Of a stretch of DNA of 64,000 nt, positions 14,605 through 27,331 are shown one piece after another (position 1 is the stretch's first letter; each line of letters begins with the position of its first letter). Position numbers and translations under genes: made by a program. The notes below the pieces were generated by a model. It ran no database searches. It was not told the origin of the DNA and saw only the letters and a list, made by a program, of their open reading frames with translations. The DNA comes from Gekko japonicus (Eukaryota), in assembly GCF_001447785.1 (NCBI RefSeq), contig NW_015172563.1, positions 614,150 to 678,149 on the forward strand, in the 5' to 3' direction.

Positions 14605-16904
14605 GTCCTCAGTGGCAGCCACAACAGTGTTGTCAGCCTTCAAGGGTTGCTTTCTGTTGGTAACAAGCAGGGTGGGAGAAGGCAGGTCCCTTTCATAGGG
14701 CCAGACCAAGCAGCAAGAACTGAGTGATTTGTTAATTGTTGTGGCTACTGTATGATGATGCCACACAACTTACCTGGGCCCAACAGCCTTAGCCAAGCCC
14801 AGCAGTGGCCATCACAAATTTCACATGAGTGAATTGCTACTGCACTACTTAGCCAGACTTTTCCCAGGGAGAGGCTGCTGCAGGGAGGGAAGGAGGGAAA
14901 ATTGAGATCCAGTGTTGTGTAGTGATTAGAGAGTTAGAATAGAATCTAGGAGACCCAGTTTCATCCATCCAGCCATCAACATCCATCCATTCATTCCATT
15001 TCAAATCCCTACTCTGCCATGGATGCCTGCTGGGTGACTTTGGGCCAGTCACTCTCTGGCAGCCTAACCTACCTCACATGGTTGTTGTGAGGATAAAATG
15101 GAGGAGAAGAGAATGATGTAAGCCTCTTTGGGGGCCATTGGGAAGGAAAGGAGGTTAAATGAAGTAAATAATTACTAAAGCTGAATACTGGGGTTTGGGT
15201 AGATTAAGGAAAAATTGGTTGATAAGTGGGAAGAAGAAAGCAGGAGAAGGAGGAGAAAAAGAGAAAATCGTATAGGGAAGGAGGTACAGGGTAAAATAAA
15301 GTGACTCCTTTGAAGTCCTTACCTATCTTGTATAAAATGCTCAACCATTAATTTAATTTGTGTCCACCATTCCTGTGTTATATAAACCGCTCAAACACAA
15401 GCTTTGGAGGCTTTGGAGGCCATGGCTGGATGGTTACAGCAGAGCCGGTTGAAACGTAATCCTGTTTAGCCTCGACCAGAGCCAGGGCATTTTTTGCCCT
15501 GGCCCCAGCCTGGTGGAACATGCTCCCACCTAAAATCAGGGCCCTGTGGGATTTGTTATCTTTCCACAGAGCCAGCAAAATGGAGCTTTTCCACCAGGCC
15601 TTTGGCTGAGGCGGTGGGCATCCAATAAAATCTTGGTCTCCCCTGCTGAAGATGAACCTACCACCTCATGTGGCCCAGGTTAAGAAGAAGTTTGATGAAC
15701 CAGTGACGCCAGCTGGAAACCTCTGCATAAGGATGAATAGTGCACTCAGTTTTAATTTATGTTGTTTTACATTGTCTTAATTGTCTACATTTATATCTTT
15801 GACATTTTGATATGTTTTGATATTATGCTGTGATCCTCCCTTGCGGGGAGGGCAGAATATAAATTTGAGTAATAAGGAAATATATATTAAAAATAAACAA
15901 ATTATTAAATTAAATATGTGTTTTAAATTGCAGTTGTCCAGAATATTAATATTTGAAATGTCTCCATAAATGCTTTTAGCTTTGTTTTTCAAAATTTCCC
16001 AACAGTGCTTAGAAAACAGTCTTGACTTGTCTCCTGTATAATAATTTGCCCTTTTATGTTGCATAGCCTTTGTTCTGAAGCAAAATAAGTACACATAAGG
16101 CATCTAAAATTTTATAATTATATTTATTACGTTTTCAGATTATACCAACATTAATTTAGTTGAAAAAACTGTAGAGAAAGTTTATGAAGAACAGAATAAC
16201 AAAAATGAGTAGAAATGGAACAACAAAGTATAACAACTCAGAAAGCCTCCTCATTTGAATAATGTTATTACATTGTTTTAATTTTGAATTAGATTGTTTT
16301 AATTATTATATTCATGTTTTGCTATTGATTTGATTTTAGGTATCCCTCGTATTCTTCCCTTTCAAAGAGTTTCACCAGCTCTCTTCTGCTGTTCCTATAG
16401 AACTTTCCCATTGCCTGGGTTTCCTTAGGATACAAGTCTAGCTGTACTGTTTCTTTCCTGGCTTGATATGTGGAAAACATCAAGATCTCAGTTAGAATAC
16501 AAATACCATCAGGCATTGTTTTCTTACTGTTCTCCCCCTTTCCTCCCAAAAGAGACATCTAAGAGCATAGCGGTGCAGTCCTGAGTCAAGTTATTTTGCT
16601 TAGGACAACAGTGCAAGATTCTTCTGTTCCTCCTTGAGCTAGTTCAGAACCCTGGCTTTTCCCTCCCAGAAATGCAAACATCTAATGGTAGAACCAAGGG
16701 AAATTAACAAACTGAATGATATAAAGGAAGGAAGGGTCATGTCCCATGGAAATACTCCAGTTATGTGATAAAAATATCTCATTATAAACAGATATGTAGC
16801 AACAGTAACAGAAAAGGAACCAAGTTTTTTATACTCCTTAAATATTTGTGCTTTAAACATACACATAGTGAATATCAGATCAGAAAAACATGGAGTCTTA
16901 TGTT

Positions 16905-16910
16905 TTTATT
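16905..16910 (-). terminator. Candidate poly(A) signal for the MSH5 transcript
   Basis: Minus-strand AATAAA about 330 nt after the MSH5 stop, followed by a GT-rich stretch (ATGTGTATGTTT near 16866-16855). Confidence 0.45.
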
Positions 16911-17242
16911 TGGGATGTGGTTTCTTTCTATGAATTGTTTGACATTTTATAACAGATGTGCAGGTGGCTCATCAGGGCTATAGTAAATTCCCTGGTTTGG
17001 CAACATGCTAGGTAGTGAAATAACAGGGAGAAGTGGGATGTCAAACACCTGAGAGGCCACAATATAAGGCTAGTGGACTGTATTCAACTTGGTGGATCAC
17101 AAGTTGCATAAGTCCGATTGACATCTGTAGAAGAATTCACTTGAGAGCAGAGCAGTGTTTCTTTCTAATGTGATTACTAGCGTAACACAAACTTCTTTCT
17201 TTCTGTGTGGCAATTCAATACATTCATTATCTTCTTAATAGG

Positions 17243-19690
17243 TTAAAGAATGGAAGATGCAGATGTCAGCACCTCTTGATTCATAAACTCCTTTAAATCC
17301 AGTTGGGGGTCATCAAGATCTAGGGAAAGGAATTTATCCACTAGAGATTTGCAACTTTCCAACTGTTTCTCTTTAGAAGAATGGTCGGTACGTTTGATAG
17401 GCTTTCCATTGCGGAGCAGCTCTGATACTTCTACTCCTCGGGCAATCACTTTAGGAGGCATGCCAGCCAAAGCTGCAATATTGGCTGCATGGCTGACAGT
17501 GGAGACACCTTCTTTGATCTGATAAAAAAACACAAGCTCATCTCCATCTTGGTGGGTGTCCATGGTCAGGTATTGCACTTGGGAAGCGTCTGGCAGAAGC
17601 CTCAGCTGTATCAAGCTGTGGAAATTAGTGGCAACAAAAATGTGTGGACACTGGGTTGCTTGTCTGATCCAATACCTTAGCACCGCAGCCAGAAGAGAGA
17701 GGCCATCCACTGTGTTTGTACCTTTGCCAAATTCATCTATGAGCACCAAGGACCTTTCAGTGGCATTGTTCACGGCCTTGGCTATTTGGTTAAGATCAAT
17801 CATGAAAGTGGACAGTCCAAGAGATACTGACTCTCTACTGTGGATCCTTGTGTAGATTCCGTCCACTGTCCCTATCTCAGCCTCAGCAGCAGGGACATAG
17901 CTGCCAATCAGAGCCATAAATGTGATGAGGCCTACCTGTTTTAAATATATACTCTTTCCAGATGAATTGGGCCCAGTAAGGATCTTGATCCGGCCAGAGG
18001 TTTCAGTGCTGTCCACTGAATTGGGAACAAAAGTTTTTGCACACAGCTCCATAAGTGGATGCCTTCCATCTTTAATACGGATGATCTGAGAGTGAGAAAA
18101 ATGAGGTCGGGTATATCCATTCTCTCGAGCCATCACTGTCAAGGACAGGAGCACATCCAGCTGTGCTATGCATTCAATCACATCGTTAAGAACAGCTGAC
18201 TTTTCCAGTATCTTAGTCTGTAGCTGGTACATGAGTAGTGTTTCCTGATCTCTTATTTCACAATGCAGGTCACCAAGCATGCTGTCCAGTTCTTTGGTCC
18301 TGGCGCTTCTGTAGTGCAACTTTTCCTCTGATAAGAACATGAAATCTAGACCCTCAATCTCAAAGTCAGTCTTATCCACCATTGTGGGCAGCTGTGGAAT
18401 GGAGAGCAAGAATCCTAACAAGGGGATATAAATAACACTACAAGATGGAATCTGATTATCTAGGTCCTGCAGTTCTTTTCGGGCCACGTCAGTGAGGAAG
18501 TCTGAGAGCCCCATTAGCTTCCGTTTCTTTTCATCAATGATGGGATCTACATTTGGTCTGACAGTGAAGTGATTTTCTGAGATGCTAGCTTCAAAATCCA
18601 CCACTTTGCTGATTAGACTGGCAATGTAGTGCAAATCGTCAGTGAAGACCTGAGAAATAGTCTGGAAAAGTTCAATGATGCTGGGCAAGGAGCGACATGT
18701 ATCTCTGAGGCATATGGCGCTATAAACAGTTTTGTACAGTGCCTGCCAGTCACTTACCTTTGTATTTGAAAGAGCCATTCTTCTAAGAATCATAGGTACA
18801 TTTTTAATATTTTTGAGGCACTCTTGTAAGGTCAGAACTGTTTCATGATTCCGAGCTAACAAGAAGAACTGGATTACATCAAGACGTTTGTTCAGCTCTG
18901 TCACATTGCGGGTGGGCCTCATCAGCCAGAGTCTCATCAGCTTTTCTCCCCACTTGCACCTACAGTGGTTCAGAATTCCATATAAACTGAGTCCTTCTTT
19001 TTTCCCACTAGCATGCTTATAGACAGAAGGATGAACCTCACTTTTAAATACCTGCAGCACGCTGTAAGTGTCTTGATCCACATGTATAGTATCTGTCAAT
19101 ACAAACTTTTTAAATGCCAGAACGGGAACTCCAACACTGCTATCTTCCAGTTCAACTCCAACCCTTCTCCTTTCAATAAACTTTAACAGTCCTCCTAATG
19201 CTCGTATGATCAGTGGGCTCTCAAAAGGTATAATGGAGGACAAATAGACGATTTTCTCAGCTGCCGTCATGTGAGAGGGAATGAAGGGGAATTGCTTAGA
19301 CAGAATCCTTTGCTTGCTTACTTCTAAACAAAAATCCGTATTTGGATAGTAGACAACTTCTGTTTTTCCTCCTTCCTGCTTGTCTCCTACCATGGCACTT
19401 ATATTGTTTAAGAATTTGGCTAAGGTATAATCTTGCTTAGCACTACTTAATATGCATTGGGGAAGTACTTCATCAATTACTTTTTGAAGGAGTTTAAGGT
19501 CTTCACTGTCTGGTGTGTCAGCCATGAAGTAGATTGAGCAGTCTCCAGTGTCATAATAAGTTATTCCCAGGTCTCCAGCAAACCACAGTACACACATGTA
19601 GATCTCAGACTGCCCTTGTTCCTCTTCATATTCAGAGAGAGGCATTGGTGGAGGCTGGCAGTGGGTGGCAACCGTAGCTCTGGCACTCAT
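17243..19690 (-). CDS. MSH5: MutS homolog 5, intact single-exon ORF (probable retrogene) nested antisense in an AKAP7 intron
   Basis: Uninterrupted 815-aa ORF. MSH5-type N-terminus ([43 protein letters not shown]) with no mismatch-binding domain I. Walker A GPNSSGKS, signature STFMIDL, Walker [12 protein letters not shown], and ATNFH. AAAATG start context. Confidence 0.96.
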   Translation of the reverse strand: MSARATVATHCQPPPMPLSEYEEEQGQSEIYMCVLWFAGDLGITYYDTGDCSIYFMADTPDSEDLKLLQKVIDEVLPQCILSSAKQDYTLAKFLNNISAMVGDKQEGGKTEVVYYPNTDFCLEVSKQRILSKQFPFIPSHMTAAEKIVYLSSIIPFESPLIIRALGGLLKFIERRRVGVELEDSSVGVPVLAFKKFVLTDTIHVDQDTYSVLQVFKSEVHPSVYKHASGKKEGLSLYGILNHCRCKWGEKLMRLWLMRPTRNVTELNKRLDVIQFFLLARNHETVLTLQECLKNIKNVPMILRRMALSNTKVSDWQALYKTVYSAICLRDTCRSLPSIIELFQTISQVFTDDLHYIASLISKVVDFEASISENHFTVRPNVDPIIDEKKRKLMGLSDFLTDVARKELQDLDNQIPSCSVIYIPLLGFLLSIPQLPTMVDKTDFEIEGLDFMFLSEEKLHYRSARTKELDSMLGDLHCEIRDQETLLMYQLQTKILEKSAVLNDVIECIAQLDVLLSLTVMARENGYTRPHFSHSQIIRIKDGRHPLMELCAKTFVPNSVDSTETSGRIKILTGPNSSGKSIYLKQVGLITFMALIGSYVPAAEAEIGTVDGIYTRIHSRESVSLGLSTFMIDLNQIAKAVNNATERSLVLIDEFGKGTNTVDGLSLLAAVLRYWIRQATQCPHIFVATNFHSLIQLRLLPDASQVQYLTMDTHQDGDELVFFYQIKEGVSTVSHAANIAALAGMPPKVIARGVEVSELLRNGKPIKRTDHSSKEKQLESCKSLVDKFLSLDLDDPQLDLKEFMNQEVLTSASSIL

Positions 19691-22600
19691 TTTTTTGACA
19701 GCTCTGTGTTGTATGGCTGTGTGAACAAGAATATTTTGTTAGTACTTCATCCTGCGATACCTCTTTCCTTACACATAATTGCCCTCTCCTGGGTTAGTCA
19801 TTTTCTCTCTCCACATCAATGTCATTTCATTAGGTATCCATTCATTCTATAGATTATAGTAGAATTGTATTACTATATGGATTCTCCTCTCACCTTCTCT
19901 ATATTGCTGCACAGTTTCCCAATCCTTTGAGGGGGGAAATATGTAGACAGCCTGTTTCTAACAGGAACTGAGTATATCTGGTTATTAGTAACAAAGGCAA
20001 AACTTCAATTGGAAGCAAATCTACTTCAACTAGAACTTGTCTTGTTTTAAGACAGCTGAGATTTTTACATCCATTGAACTTTTTATGCCACTTGAATTCC
20101 TTCTCATACTGATAGCTTATAGTTTTGCTAATATCACAAAAACACATCTTAAATAAAAATTATAAAAGTAACAATTACACAATTAACTCTTTTCAACATT
20201 CTGTGCTTTCTTTGTATAGTTCATGTGTGAGAGGTAAGATTGTATAAAAAAGGGAATGGTGTGTATACATATTTGTATAAAGAGCAATTATATCTATTCA
20301 CTGATATATCTCCCAGTGGTGGGTGATAAGCACTGATATCTCAGAATATTCCCTCTCCCATTCTTCCTTCTTTGCTACCTACACTGTGGAAAGCAGCTGC
20401 CCTAGCCAATAAAAATAATTTTGAACAACTTTAGAAAAGGGAATGCTTCCAGAGAATCAGAAGGGCAATTGTACTGCATAATTCAAGACGGAAACTAATA
20501 TTCACCAAAATTAAATGGGTCTTCTCTGAAGATGACACTTGTCAAGGAATCCCAAAACAAACTCCGTGGGTCCCCAGGGGAGTTGTGCACAAGTAACCAG
20601 ACTGTTGTTTAATTTTTAAAAGGATTTATAAAGTTTATTTCAATTTCTATCAATATGAAAATTTATTCTGTAGCCAATACATTACTCTAAAATCATGCAG
20701 CAGGAAAACAAGAAAACTAGCTTAACTACCTAACACTGTTTAGAATTTGCTATAAAAATTGATATATTTTTCATAACAAGGGGATAGGATCAGATTTCTG
20801 TATTGCTAATATCACCAGGTATATTATCCCTAAAGGTAATTAAAGCAGCTTTTAAAAAACAGCTTCAGAAATTAAATTAAATCTGTGGAATATTGAGTTG
20901 GACATTAATATGAAACCATATGCTAGAAATTTTAGGTAATGTTTATTTAAAATATTTATGAACCACCTTTACTCAAGTTGTGGGCCCAAGTTGGTGTAGA
21001 AGACACACTTCAGCATGGAGATTATTAAAAACACAAACCATAAAGCACATTGTCCCACTATGATAAAACACATCAATCCAAATCAAACAGCCACAGCATG
21101 GTAATAAAATTAACAGCAAGCCCTTAACAGCTTTACATGCCTTCCTAAATATGGGTAAGGATGAAGAACTTCTCACATCTACTGAAAACCTGTCTTAGAG
21201 CGTTGGAGCCAGCACTGATGAAGCCCTGGGACAGGCTACCACAGACTGAACCTCCCTGTGGAAGGGAACAAAAAAAAAGTTGGTGAGAAGAACATAGTTG
21301 AACACAAACTACTGTTACACCTATGATGTGCTCTGTGTGAAAAGCTAGTCATCTATGAGAATCATAGACCAGTGCTAGAGGAAAAAAACTTAATCCTACT
21401 TTTTAAACTCCCAAAATTATGTTTCTGAATCATTCCTTACTGAGAATTGGATACTTTTATTAAACTTATTTTACTGCCCTGTTCTCTAGTACTGAATAGT
21501 TAACATAATTAAACAGAATATACTTGGCTATAGGTTGCAGTAAGGTAGGGCCAAGGGCTAAAATGAAAACTTCGCTGTTGCAGTATATTAACTGTTGTGC
21601 AGGGTTTCTTTAGAATTGTCACCATTCTAGAATGTATATATATTATTTTAAATTTATTTAGTGCTTTTCTAGTTGTGTCCTTAGACTTATCCAAATATTG
21701 GACTGAATCTTATGACTTCCTTATACTAAGTAAGAAAGCTTCCTCCGACAGAGGAAGGCTTATCACTTAGCAAAAAGCAAATGTAGGATCCAAATCCACG
21801 ATTATTACCAATCACATTAGAAATACAGATAAAAGATACATTGTCAGTTGCAGAAGAAGATCTTCCCATAACTTAGCCTTCCTACAATAGCCCTGGTGAC
21901 ACTCTCCCCTCCGAAGCCATGAGGCCAGGGATTAGGGAACCTGGATGGATGGCTTTATGGCACAAGGGGGTAGTTATTATATGGAATCAAGACATCTGTT
22001 CACTTGTCTGCCAGCTCTGCCTCTGCTGGTAGAAGAGACTTGACTGGTGGTGGTGGTGGGGGAGTTGATTTAATCCAACTCCTCATCCTCACAGTGCTGC
22101 ATGTCTTTTTATTCTCAATGGTCCTCTGAATCAGAGCAGTGCTTCTTGGGAGATCTGAAGGTGGGGAATGTCAACTTCTGTAAGCACCTTTTAAGAAAAG
22201 TTTTTATTGACAAGTTGTCACTCACTTTAACTGCAGACTTAATGATCAAGTACCTATAATGAAAGCAGCAAAAGGCGCAACCTAAATCCAAGGTCAGTGT
22301 TTTGCATACTTAGAGGACCCCAGGTGTGCAGAAAACTATTGCTTTGTCCAGGGGTCATTTCGTAGAAAAAGAGGTGCAGGAGCTCATTAGCATAACTCAT
22401 TAGCATAACTTATTTTCATATGCCACACCCTCTGACATCACCGGAAGTGTGTCAGAAGGCAACATCCACCGCTCAAACTCCACCCAAAAACTCTCCAGGT
22501 ATTTCCCAACTCAGAGCTGGTGAGCCAGCTTTACACTTTGACTAAAGACACTTTAGGTTTCCTTTGCTCTTGCAGGGAAGCTACCCTACAAGAAGCATAA

Positions 22601-23164
22601 AAATACAGATCAAGTTAGTACGCTTTTTCTTTTTCTGCAATAAATCAGGAAAACAAAATATTATTCTGGCAACAACATGCCTGGGAGAGATATTAACTGA
22701 AAGGGCAATGTTTATAGCAGTCTTGAGGAGCATGCGTTCTATTGCACCTTCACACACATTAAGACCAGACAAGGTATAATCCCAAACAGGCATCACACCA
22801 GCAGCCATGTACACAATGCTGCCCATGTTTGCCATCTACCATAAACACATCAAGGCAAGCTATAGCAGGGATAGCCCTACAGTAAGATCAGGTGAGACAT
22901 GATCTGCCTTAATTGGGTGTTATTAAAGATTGGGGAGGGAAAGCAACAGATTTGTTCCAGGGGGCCCAACACACTGGGAAATTCTCTTACTCAAAACTCA
23001 AACAGAGCAAGTGGGAGACATGCAAGACATCAACTTCCAAAGAGTCATGATACCGGACAGCTTCCCAACAGCTCACACCTCATGCCATTTTTTTGGTCTG
23101 AATTTCTTAACACAGCTTGGGTCAGCCCTGAACTAAAATCCAAATACTGACACTAAATACCAGT

Positions 23165-23431
23165 NNNNNNNNNNNNNNNNNNNNNNNNNNNNNNNNNNNN
23201 NNNNNNNNNNNNNNNNNNNNNNNNNNNNNNNNNNNNNNNNNNNNNNNNNNNNNNNNNNNNNNNNNNNNNNNNNNNNNNNNNNNNNNNNNNNNNNNNNNNN
23301 NNNNNNNNNNNNNNNNNNNNNNNNNNNNNNNNNNNNNNNNNNNNNNNNNNNNNNNNNNNNNNNNNNNNNNNNNNNNNNNNNNNNNNNNNNNNNNNNNNNN
23401 NNNNNNNNNNNNNNNNNNNNNNNNNNNNNNN
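23165..23431. other. Assembly gap (other gaps at 26427-26476 and 56672-56817)
   Basis: Runs of N. Confidence 1.
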
Positions 23432-24493
23432 CCCCCCCCCCAATCTTGTTCATGCAGATAGTGGAGAGAGAGAATTAAGTTGTGCAAAGAGATGTATGCC
23501 AGCCTCCAGGTGGGACCTAGGGATCCCCTGTAATTACACCTTATTTCCAGAGTACAGACTACAGAAATCTGTTCCCCTGGGGTGAAATGGCTGGTTTGGA
23601 GGGTGGACTCTATGGCATTGTACCCCACTGTGGTCCCAGTCCTCCCCAGGCTCCACCCCCAAATCTGCAGGAGTTTCCCAGCCTGGATCTGACAACCGTG
23701 CCCTCCCATTCTCTGCCAGTGGCCAGGTCCCCCAATTAGCCACAGATCTTTGCTTATTGACTTACGTTGCATACACTGGAGCAAGGATTCCTATATCTCC
23801 TTGGATCCCCAAACATTGAAGTCTAAATGGAGGGCCTTTTGGAATAACATCTTTCCAAAATGATATGGCAGGTATGGGGTTGGGGTGGGGGTGTCGAGGC
23901 CAGAAAGATGCCTGCCTGCTCTTTTATGTCTCTCTCTCCACTTCCTTCCTTCCATTTCCAAACCACACCGGGATCCTCGCCGCTCACATTGCAAGCCACA
24001 CCTCAACGTCTCATGGGAATCCAGCAGAGCCAAAGAGACCTGCGGAAAGCAAAGAACCAGGCTGGCTTCCCTTCCCTTCCAGTGGGGAACGGGGCGAGAG
24101 AGGGAGGGCAACACAGAAAAGTCCTTCCCTCGCATGCCTCACCTCCTGCTCAACTCTCCATGGACTTTTCTAGGAATTGGCGAGCCAGCCTCACCATCGG
24201 TTTTAACCCTTTCGAAGGGGGAGAGTTAGTGGCCTCCAATCAAGAAGGGGTTTTCTTATGGACACACTGAAAGACCAGACAGATTTCTGGAGGAGGTTGC
24301 TTGCAACAAAATGGTTCGGCAGGTGTCTTGGGGGCATATACACAATGGCTGCTGCAGAAGGCAGAGCCACGTACACACAGAGGAAATCCAAGTGCAGGAG
24401 AGAAGAGGGGTAATTTAAAAGATACACAGGGAAAGAAGAGTGAAAGAGAATACAATCAACACTGTGACAGCTGCTGCTTTTCAGGCTAGCCCC

Positions 24494-24892
24494 GAATTCT
24501 ACATGGCCACTATTGAAAAGGTAGCAGCCAGCCAAACACCTTGGGAAAACTCTCTGGGCGACATGGATGCACCCAGAGGAGAACGGCGCGCAAAAGTGAG
24601 GACTGCCCTCCCCAGCCCAGTTCCCTTACTTTGAGGAGATTGTGTGCTGCCCTGTAGCCGGCCTCTGGTCCACCCCCAACACCAGGAGGCAGCCGAATTC
24701 TAGATGGACACTGTCAGAAAGGTAGCAGCTGGCCAAATGCCTTGGGAAAACTCTCTGGGTGACACGAATGCGCCCAGGGGAGAATGGCATGCAAAAATGA
24801 GGACTACCCCTCGCCCGGTTCCCTTACTTTGAGGAGGTTGTGTGCTGCCCTGTAGCCGGCCTCTGGCCCGCCCCCAGCGCCAGGAGGCAGCC
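24494..24892. repeat. Diverged tandem duplication (~200 bp x2) of the Klotho exon-1 3' end, donor and intron start
   Basis: Units 24494-24694 and 24695-24892 both start GAATTC and end GGAGGCAGCC. Each carries the minus-strand AHNLLK|GTAAGG junction (donor G at 24629 and 24827). Confidence 0.9.
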
Positions 24893-25260
24893 GGCTGGTG
24901 GCGTAGCCATGCCAGGTCACAAGATAGGGGCTGTTGACGGTGAGCCATTAGCGCACGTGGCAGCCGAAGCTCCTGAAGCAGAGCTCGGCATAGTCCGAGA
25001 AGCACTCGACCAGCGCCAGGCTCTCCCAGCCACTGTGGGTGTCCTACAGGGGCTGGGGCAGGTCTCAGTGGCATAGAATGACCACAGGCTCAATGCCGCG
25101 GGCCTTGAGGCTCTCCCAGAGGCTCCCGTAGAACAGAGGGCAGCGGGGTTGATGGGTGCCGTGCCGTGGGGGAGGAGGCATGCCCAGGCCAGCAAGAAGC
25201 AGTAGTGGGAGACGCCCAGGAGCCGGAGCCCGTCACACTCGCACGGTAGCCATCGAGGAA
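24828..25260 (-). pseudogene. KL: Disabled copy of alpha-Klotho exon 1 (KL1 glycosyl hydrolase family 1 domain), splice donor retained
   Basis: Manual translation across frames gives GLRLLGVSHYCFLLAWACLLPHGTAPINPAAL /frameshift near 25135/ [99 protein letters not shown]|gtaagg. This parallels KL (LGVTHYRFSISWARVLP...PVVTLYHWDLPQ.LQD..GGW...DYAELCFRHFG..V.YW.T.DNPY.VAWHGYATGRLAPG...AHNLL). Stops at 25065-67, 25044-46 and 24948-50. DYAELCF and GYATxRL favour KL over KLB. Confidence 0.88.
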
Positions 25261-27331
25261 TGCTACACGTGCTGCTTCGCACTCCTGTTGGGGGTGGGGC
25301 TTGCTGCCTACGCCGCTGCCAGAGCACCGCTCCTGCATGCTCCAGGTCGAAGTGACCCCTGCTTTGTCCATTAAAAGTAGAGTTTTTTTTCCAGAAATGG
25401 CCCAATGAGGGCTGAGCACGCTTATTTCCATTAAGAACAATTCAGAGTCAGTTAAAGGGGAAAAGAAATCAATGAATATGATGACGGAATACAGCTGTTC
25501 AAATTCCTAATAACTTACAGTATTCTAAAAGGGGAGATTTGGGTTACAGGGGAATTACTCCACTTGTGACATCATTTGTCCCTGTTTTATTTTTCTGGCA
25601 CTGAATTTCATGATATATGTGGGCCATGGGGTTGCGAAGAGTCAGACTTGACTGTAAACAACAACAACAAAGTAGGACAGCAAAACACAGCTCCCAAAAG
25701 ACAAGATAAGGGTTTCTATATATTCAGGGAACTTTCTGGGAATGTAGAAAAGTATAATTTTGTAAATTAAAGGAGAGACCACCTTCACCCCACACCCAAA
25801 ACAGCATGATGAGGATTGCCCATTAACTGGCCTGCTCAAGCTCATAATATTTTTAATACTCTGGAGTGGCAAATTTTAGTTAGGGGAAATTTCACAAAAA
25901 CGTCTCTCTCCTCCCCACATCCCCACCACTGACTCCTTGCCATTTTCCAACTGGTACTATATTTTATAGAATTATTCAATACATTCTAAATTTTCTTCAG
26001 ATCTTTCCCATCCAAGTTAATTGCCCCTCAGTTTTCAGGTCTCTGAACACTTCTGAAACTTGAAAAATTGGTTTTACCATGAAGGTTTTTGGTTCTGCCT
26101 GTCACAGGGCTGCTAACCCCAAGTGTTCTAAAACAACTCAGTTTTATCTGTATTTTACTCTGATTTCTGGGCCTCTAGGGAACACTGCTGTCCCATGCTT
26201 ACCTGCTTTAAGCACAAAGTTTTTTAAAAGAAGTAAAGATTTAGCTCTTCTACTTGGCAGTGCAGGAGAGCTCCTGTTTTGTTGATTCCTTCTTTCTCCT
26301 CAAATCTTGTTTCACAATTCTTGACTGATCTTGCCTTCCCTGCCATTACAGATGAGGGGATGTTATTTAAACCCTCACACAGACACATCATTTTTCATTC
26401 CCCCCGCCCACTCACCCACTGTTTCCNNNNNNNNNNNNNNNNNNNNNNNNNNNNNNNNNNNNNNNNNNNNNNNNNNATTGTATGCTGTAGTCTTTTTTCT
26501 TTTAGTTTCCACATCTCCAGGAGATCACACTGAGCTGGGCCTGAGGTACCAGGTTCCCCTTTTTCCTAGGCAGCTCCTCAGCGTTCATCCTGAGAAAGAG
26601 CTTTATTAGCAGGCCACACTAGACGTAGATATAGAGGCTGACAGATCTAAGGAATTGTTTAAGAATGTCTTATAAGTACTTTGGTTTAATCGCCAGTTTA
26701 TGAATGTAATGGATATGGATTGTTGGTCATAAATTAAAAACCTTTTCTATGTTTCTAGGTCAATTAATTTTCTTAGCTAATTTATATAGAATAACGCAGG
26801 GATATAAAAACACCCTTTAAACAGAGCAAAGGACCACTTCACTGATGTGAAGGAGGTTCCCATATGTTCTTCCACAAAACATCCCAGCTCCTCTCCCAAG
26901 CAAACAAAAATTGCCTGAGTAAGTGCTTCCTAGGCAAAAGCAGAACCTCCTCATGAGGTCAGTTGCTGGGTGGTACCATTTCAGATAACTGGGGGGGGGG
27001 ATTGAATATTGAATGCTCCCCCACATAAAATGCTCCCTGTGATGCAAAACCAGCTTGTCAAAGGGTAGAATCAAGGTTTTGACTCAAGAGACTTCATACA
27101 TATATCCTGAAAGCAGTTGCATAATCCTTTCAAATTCAAAAAGGGTTGTGATGCTTGCGATCCTCCTCTGTGGATTAGATGTGTCACATGTCTTAATTTT
27201 TTTCTTAATGGCTCACTGTGTGATCTGGTACTTTGCTGGTATTATTTATATTTTGTCCTCTGTACATTATGTGTGAACACACAGCGAGTGTATACGGGGG
27301 AAAACAGAACACACATCGTTTCAATGACTAA

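Noticed and set aside
23122-23784. ORFs containing long X runs (also near 26.3-26.6 kb and 56.5-57.0 kb)
   Set aside because: Artefacts of translating through N gaps.
24700-25440. ORF-track ORFs of 116-162 aa as novel proteins
   Set aside because: They are partial or off-frame readings of the GC-rich Klotho pseudo-exon.
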